In this document: in pieces, positions 59,329 through 64,000 of the stretch | How the letters are laid out: the number at the start of each line of letters is the position of its first letter | Numbering within the stretch: the stretch's first letter is position 1 | Assembly (NCBI GenBank): GCA_963693055.1 | Contig: OY843751.1 | Span: 864,001-928,000, forward strand | Origin: a bacterium | GTDB lineage: Bacteria > Zhuqueibacterota > Zhuqueibacteria > Residuimicrobiales > Krinioviventaceae | DNA length: 64,000 nucleotides | Direction: 5' to 3' | Program-made: the position numbers and the translations under genes | The notes under the pieces: model-generated | Databases searched by the model: none | What the model saw: the letters and a program-made list of their open reading frames with translations, nothing else | What the model was told of the DNA's origin: nothing

Positions 59329-60816
59329 ATGAAAAAACGGCTAAGAATATTATACTTGTCTTCTGAAGTAGCACCATTTGCTAAAACCGGTGGGCTTGCA
59401 GATGTTTCGAGCGCGTTACCCAAGGCACTATTGGAAATGGGGCATGATATCCGTGTAATGATGCCAAAATACGGAACTATTAGTGATCGCCGTTATGTGT
59501 TAAGAGAAGTTATTCGGTTAAAACAAATTAAAATTCAGATGGGAGAGACTGAGCATATAGCAAGTGCAAAATCTGCATTTATTCCGGATTCTAAAGTGCA
59601 GGTATATTTTATAGAGTATCCCCCGTATTATAATCGTGATGATTTGTATGTAGATCCCAAAACGAATAAAGATTTTCCCGATAATCCCGAGCGCTTTGCG
59701 TTATTTTGCAAGTCTGTATTGGAAACAATAAAGCTGCTGCATTGGGAGCCTCAAATTATACATTGTAATGACTGGCAGACGGCATTGATTCCCTGGTATT
59801 TAAAAAACGAATATAGTTCTGAATCTTTTGCGTCATCATGCCGCACAGTTTTATCAATCCATAATATGGCGTATCAGGGTGGTTTTTCAATGGATGCTCT
59901 GGAGCAGATGGGCGAATCTGGCATCACTGATGGTGCATTAGAAGATATTAAATATTTTGATGGTATCAATTTTCTCAAAGCCGGTATTTTAACAGCTGAT
60001 CGTATTACTACTGTTAGCCCGACTTATGCAAATGAAGTGTTGACAGATCCTGAGATTGGCGCGGGTATGCAGGAATTTCTGGAAAAACGCAAAGACAGTT
60101 TTGAAGGCATTTTGAACGGTGTAGATTATTCCGAATGGGATCCTGAAAAAGATGCTACTCTTGAACAAAAGTATACCAAAGAAGATCTTGATGGCAAGTT
60201 AGAAAATAAAAAATTATTGCTTGATAAATGTGAATTTAAAGGTGATCCTGAAAAACCACTTATTGGCATTGTGTCTCGTATTGCTGAGCAAAAAGGATTT
60301 GACCTTATTATTGATGCGGTAAAAGATATTGTTTCCGCAGATGCAAGAATGGTGATTCTGGGTACTGGCGATGAAAATTATCAAAAGCAACTTTCAGATA
60401 TTGCTTCAAAATATAAAAAGAATGTAGCGTTGTTTCTGACGTTTGATAATGATTTGGCACACCTGATAGAAGCTGGTAGTGATATTTTCCTCATGCCGTC
60501 ACGTTATGAGCCAAGTGGTTTGAACCAGATGTATAGCCTGAAATATGGCACCATTCCCGTAGTTAGAAAAACGGGTGGTTTGGCTGATAGTATTTCGGAT
60601 TATCAGAGTGATCCTGAAAATGGTAACGGATTTGTTTTCGAGTCTTATGATTCAGACGAGATGGTTAAGGCAATCAAAAGTGCTCTAGACGTTTATAAAG
60701 ACCAGAAGAAATGGAAAGATTTGATGGTACGTGCAATGAGTGCGGATTTCTCATGGCAGATAGCAGCAGATAAGTATATGAATTCGTATTCTCAGATCAT
60801 TCAATCCAAAAAATAA
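59329..60816 (+). CDS. glgA: Glycogen synthase (GT5)
   Basis: KTGGLADV, HCNDWQ, MPSRYEP and TGGLAD. Confidence 0.96.
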   Translation: MKKRLRILYLSSEVAPFAKTGGLADVSSALPKALLEMGHDIRVMMPKYGTISDRRYVLREVIRLKQIKIQMGETEHIASAKSAFIPDSKVQVYFIEYPPYYNRDDLYVDPKTNKDFPDNPERFALFCKSVLETIKLLHWEPQIIHCNDWQTALIPWYLKNEYSSESFASSCRTVLSIHNMAYQGGFSMDALEQMGESGITDGALEDIKYFDGINFLKAGILTADRITTVSPTYANEVLTDPEIGAGMQEFLEKRKDSFEGILNGVDYSEWDPEKDATLEQKYTKEDLDGKLENKKLLLDKCEFKGDPEKPLIGIVSRIAEQKGFDLIIDAVKDIVSADARMVILGTGDENYQKQLSDIASKYKKNVALFLTFDNDLAHLIEAGSDIFLMPSRYEPSGLNQMYSLKYGTIPVVRKTGGLADSISDYQSDPENGNGFVFESYDSDEMVKAIKSALDVYKDQKKWKDLMVRAMSADFSWQIAADKYMNSYSQIIQSKK

Positions 60817-60825
60817 TATAAATGA

Positions 60826-60918
60826 GCCGTTCCTATGACGAGTTTTCGTCTGTCTGTTATTGTTACAACTTGGGACACCTTGTTTCGAGCTTTAACAAAG
60901 ATTTCGATGTGGAGCGGC
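60826..60918 (+). ncRNA. Candidate structured RNA of unknown family
   Basis: Nested stems GCCGTTCC/GGAGCGGC, TTGTTA/TAACAA and CTTGGGAC/GTTTCGAG plus GACGA/TCGTC; G-U pairs valid only on + strand; GC-richer than flanks. Confidence 0.5.
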
Positions 60919-61038
60919 ATTTTTATGCCTAAAGAATTTTTGATAATTTTTAGTTGTTCTAATAGGACATAAGTTTATTATAAACAATATGATTTTTATT
61001 TAAAAACAAAATAAACATATTGTAATATTGTACGTTAT

Positions 61039-61054
61039 TGGCACCAACTTTGCA
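61039..61054 (+). promoter_or_regulatory. sigma-54 (-24/-12) promoter
   Basis: TGGCAC-CAACT-TTGCA matches TGGCAC-N5-TTGC, 48 nt upstream of the ATG at 61103. Confidence 0.8.
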
Positions 61055-61102
61055 AAATTAAAGCAAGTTTGGAATGTTAAGAGAATAATTTAAAGGTTTT
61101 GC

Positions 61103-61804
61103 ATGGAAGGCATTGAAAAAAGTGTACATAAAATTGGTGCGTTAAAAGATATTACACTTTTACGTGTTAAAGGGTATATTGACACAACCACATCACCTGA
61201 CTTGCAAAAAGCCATTGCAGAAGAAATGAGCCGTGGCAGCAATCAGTTTATTGTAGATTTGGGTGGAGTGCACTATGTCAGCAGCGCCGGTTGGGGTGTC
61301 TTTGTTGGTGAAATAAGGGGATTACGAGAGAGCGGTGGGGATTTAAAAATCACCCAGATGACTCCCGATGTGTATGAAGTATTTGAAATGCTCGAGTTTA
61401 ACCGCATTCTAACCAGTTATGATTCTCTGGAAGAGGCAATTGATGATTTTGATTTCTGCAGGGGTATTGCAATAAATGCTTCCTTTAATGGTGCGCAAGA
61501 CCAGGCTGAAGAAGCTCTGGTTGAAGAGTATCAGCCCAAGGCAGAAATGAATTCCGTTAACAAAAAGGTACCTTCATTTGCCAAACGCCAGCAGGAAGTG
61601 AACGATGCGGAACTTCCCGTTTCTGAAAAGATTAAAAAAATCATTGTTGATGACCCTATGATTGGATTTTGGGGTATTAAAAAACAACTGAACTCAGATC
61701 GGTTTGGATTTACAAAAATTGGTGCTTTTAAACTCAAAAGTATGCTAAAACGAATGGGACTGCAAAATAAATCGAAACGATATCGTTATTACCGTTCCAG
61801 ATAA
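61103..61804 (+). CDS. STAS anti-sigma-factor antagonist with extra C-terminal basic HTH-like domain
   Basis: GYIDT, VDLGGVHYVSSAGWG and GGDLKI; C-terminal helical basic extension. Confidence 0.85.
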   Translation: MEGIEKSVHKIGALKDITLLRVKGYIDTTTSPDLQKAIAEEMSRGSNQFIVDLGGVHYVSSAGWGVFVGEIRGLRESGGDLKITQMTPDVYEVFEMLEFNRILTSYDSLEEAIDDFDFCRGIAINASFNGAQDQAEEALVEEYQPKAEMNSVNKKVPSFAKRQQEVNDAELPVSEKIKKIIVDDPMIGFWGIKKQLNSDRFGFTKIGAFKLKSMLKRMGLQNKSKRYRYYRSR

Positions 61805-61832
61805 ATCTTGGTATTCAACAAATGGTGGAGAA

Positions 61833-62579
61833 ATGACAACAGTGTTAAAAAAAATTATTCCTGTTTTATTCACGGTTTTCTTTTTGTCAACGACTTTACA
61901 CGCCCAGGAAGCTGAATTAGAGCCTTTTACCGGGCCGGATACTGATACAGAAGTGCAAATTGATCCTGAAGTTCGGTTTAATATTGATAATTATATTCTG
62001 GGTCCTGGTGATGCTATCCATTTGTATGTATATGACCGTGGAGCAGCTCCATCAAGAGATCAGTTTATTTCAAATTTTCACGACAAGATTTTTGTTATCA
62101 ACGGTTTTGGAGAAGTCGATTTCTTCACACTAGGTAAATTAAAAATTGCAGATTTGAGTAATGCTGAAATTACTTCACTAATGAATGAAACATTAAAGCC
62201 CTATGTGCATGAACCGATGATCATCGTTCGTCCGTTAATTCGTGTAACCATGCGTGGCGAGTTTTCACATCCGGGTATGTATCGCTTTAGCCTTGATACA
62301 ACAATTTGGGATATGATCCGGAAAACCGGTGGTCTTGTAGGCGGGTTAGATGGTGTATCTGCTCTTGAAAATATGTTTATCTTGCGTAAAGATGAAATTA
62401 TTTTCAAAGATTTTATTGACGCTGTTTACAGTGGAACTTCTATATATGAATTGGGTGTACAATCAGGAGATGAAATTGTTGTTCCACGTTCTAACAGGCC
62501 AACATTTAGAAGTATGCTTCAATATTTTCAATTTGGTATGAATTTGATCGTATTGTACTTGTCACTCATCAATCAATAA
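61833..62579 (+). CDS. Polysaccharide export protein (Poly_export/SLBB, Wza-like)
   Basis: YILGPGDAI, G.V..LGKLK, GEFSHPGMY and SGDEIVVP. Confidence 0.85.
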   Translation: MTTVLKKIIPVLFTVFFLSTTLHAQEAELEPFTGPDTDTEVQIDPEVRFNIDNYILGPGDAIHLYVYDRGAAPSRDQFISNFHDKIFVINGFGEVDFFTLGKLKIADLSNAEITSLMNETLKPYVHEPMIIVRPLIRVTMRGEFSHPGMYRFSLDTTIWDMIRKTGGLVGGLDGVSALENMFILRKDEIIFKDFIDAVYSGTSIYELGVQSGDEIVVPRSNRPTFRSMLQYFQFGMNLIVLYLSLINQ

Positions 62580-62597
62580 TATAATATAGAAATTATT

Positions 62598-64000
62598 ATG
62601 GAAGAATTTGATAATATACAACCGCTATTAGACCAGGAAGATGGGTCGCAAATTGATTTTCAAAAATACCTAAAAGGTGTTTGGAAAAGAAAATGGATTA
62701 TTGTTTTGTTGACCATTATTGTGTCCGTTCCTTTTTATTGGAATGCACTGAATCAGGTACCTATTTATAGAGCACGCGTTTTACTTCAGGTGCGTGATTT
62801 AGAGATGAATGACGGTCCTTTTTGGAATGACGAACGGTTAGGTGAAGTGAATAGCCGTGCTTTCAGAATCCGTCTGGCTTCCCGGTTAGGTATGGCAATT
62901 GTTTTGGAAGACAAGTCGATAAAAAATTATGATAAAGTTTTTAATCAGTATTCAACTTCCAATTCACCCCAAATGGGTAGATATGAAATTGCCATAAATG
63001 AGACAGGTGCCTATAACCTGGTATTTCAGGATTCTTTGGGAACAAGCATTGTAGATAGTGCTAATGTTTGGGATCTGGTAGCGGCATCGCGCTCTGTTAA
63101 TGGTATTACTTTTCAGTTGCAGCCCGATGTTGTTGAACTCCCCAAATCCATTCGATTCAAAGTGATCGGTATGGACATGGCAGTTCGAGAGTTGACAAGG
63201 GAGCTCAAGGTGTCTACATACAAAAAAGGTACCATTATGCAGCTCCAAATGGAAGGTGCTGATCCTGAAGCATTGCCATATAGATTGAACAGAATAGCCG
63301 CAGGTTATGTTGAAGAGAGTTTACGTCTTAAATCAAGAGGGGTAAATACAAAGCAGGATGTTTATGAGAAGCAGCTTGCAGCCGCAGAAGCCAAAGTAAA
63401 CCAGATTGAAGCGCAGTTACGAAGTTTTACTTCCAAATACCCCTTTTCTCTGGATCGTGAAGAGCAGCGCTTATTGGACAAGCTGACTGAATACGATCGT
63501 GCAGTTGATGAACTGCCACGTATTCGTACCCAATTGTCTGATTATCTTGATCGTTTGAATAAATCAGACCAGGAACCTGACCCTGAGCAATATCGTCGTT
63601 TTGTAATTAATGAAATTTTAAATAATGAAATTTTTGCTAATGAAACCAAAATGGCGTTACTGCGGCAGCAATTGCAAACCGAGCAAAGTCAATATGCCCG
63701 TTTACTTGATCAGTATTCTCCCAGCCATCCCGAAATTGCAGATATCAAAGAAAAAATAACTGATACACAGGAAGAGATTATAGAATTTACTTCCAATTAT
63801 CGCAATACTTTGGCAAAACGTGAATCCCGATATAGAACCGAACGTGAAGCTATACAGGCACAATTACAATCACTGCCGGCTGACCGTTATCGTTATATGG
63901 AGCTTGAGCGTAAAAAGAAAATTAATGAAGAACTTTATTCCTATCTGTTCCAGGAATTGCAGAAAATTGATATTTCAAATGCTGTTGAAGAAAGCGAAAT
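62598..64000 (+). CDS. Polysaccharide co-polymerase / chain-length regulator (Wzc/GumC family), 3'-truncated by window edge
   Basis: Not in ORF track; ATG at 62598 gives MEEFDNIQ...IDFQKYLKGVWKRKWII..TM..PIYRA (Wzz N-terminus), coiled coils and YSPSHPEI. Confidence 0.88.
   Translation, partial: MEEFDNIQPLLDQEDGSQIDFQKYLKGVWKRKWIIVLLTIIVSVPFYWNALNQVPIYRARVLLQVRDLEMNDGPFWNDERLGEVNSRAFRIRLASRLGMAIVLEDKSIKNYDKVFNQYSTSNSPQMGRYEIAINETGAYNLVFQDSLGTSIVDSANVWDLVAASRSVNGITFQLQPDVVELPKSIRFKVIGMDMAVRELTRELKVSTYKKGTIMQLQMEGADPEALPYRLNRIAAGYVEESLRLKSRGVNTKQDVYEKQLAAAEAKVNQIEAQLRSFTSKYPFSLDREEQRLLDKLTEYDRAVDELPRIRTQLSDYLDRLNKSDQEPDPEQYRRFVINEILNNEIFANETKMALLRQQLQTEQSQYARLLDQYSPSHPEIADIKEKITDTQEEIIEFTSNYRNTLAKRESRYRTEREAIQAQLQSLPADRYRYMELERKKKINEELYSYLFQELQKIDISNAVEESE

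Noticed and set aside
60826-60918. SRP (4.5S) RNA or simple terminator
   Set aside because: Lacks the SRP domain IV CAGG/GNRA/AGCA signature on either strand; the multi-stem fold is far longer than a terminator. Kept as an unknown RNA candidate.
61600-61804. Possible IS3-type transposase HTH remnant
   Set aside because: It is in frame with an intact STAS protein, with no integrase core, terminal inverted repeats or target duplication visible.

Overview
AT-rich (roughly 35-40% GC by eye), gene-dense chromosomal segment of a diderm bacterium. Gene content and order (Bacteroidota/Chlorobi-like short SigA, LpxH, BMC shell gene, TWGxIK-tailed protein) suggest the FCB superphylum, e.g. KSB1/Calditrichota-like; that assignment is an inference. 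Most of the window is housekeeping: eno, rsmE, rpsU, mutS2, suhB, rlmN, tsaD, ispE-tRNA-Gln-prs-rplY-pth-rpsF-ssb-rpsR-rplI, mreCD-mrdA-rodA-lgt and glgA. I found no IS, prophage or CRISPR array. The main non-routine items are: (1) an 8-gene minus-strand locus (31.8-40.8 kb) encoding an Agl-Glt-like proton-motor/TPR/outer-membrane machine (GltC-, GltD-, GltF-, AglR/Q/S- and GltG-like, with no GltE) outside myxobacteria, in which one ExbD-like subunit has Asn in place of the proton-conducting Asp; (2) a cluster of co-oriented DnaA boxes at 640-950, a possible oriC without an adjacent dnaA; (3) a ~95-nt structured RNA candidate after glgA, followed by a consensus sigma-54 promoter upstream of a STAS-Wza-Wzc polysaccharide export operon; (4) a serine protease-GAF kinase-sigma54 activator operon (PrsK/PrsR-like); (5) an orphan microcompartment shell gene upstream of ispE; (6) a beta-barrel/TSP3/Ig-like protein with a C-terminal membrane anchor next to a CpoB-like lipoprotein; and (7) a secreted protein with a TWGSIK C-terminal motif.
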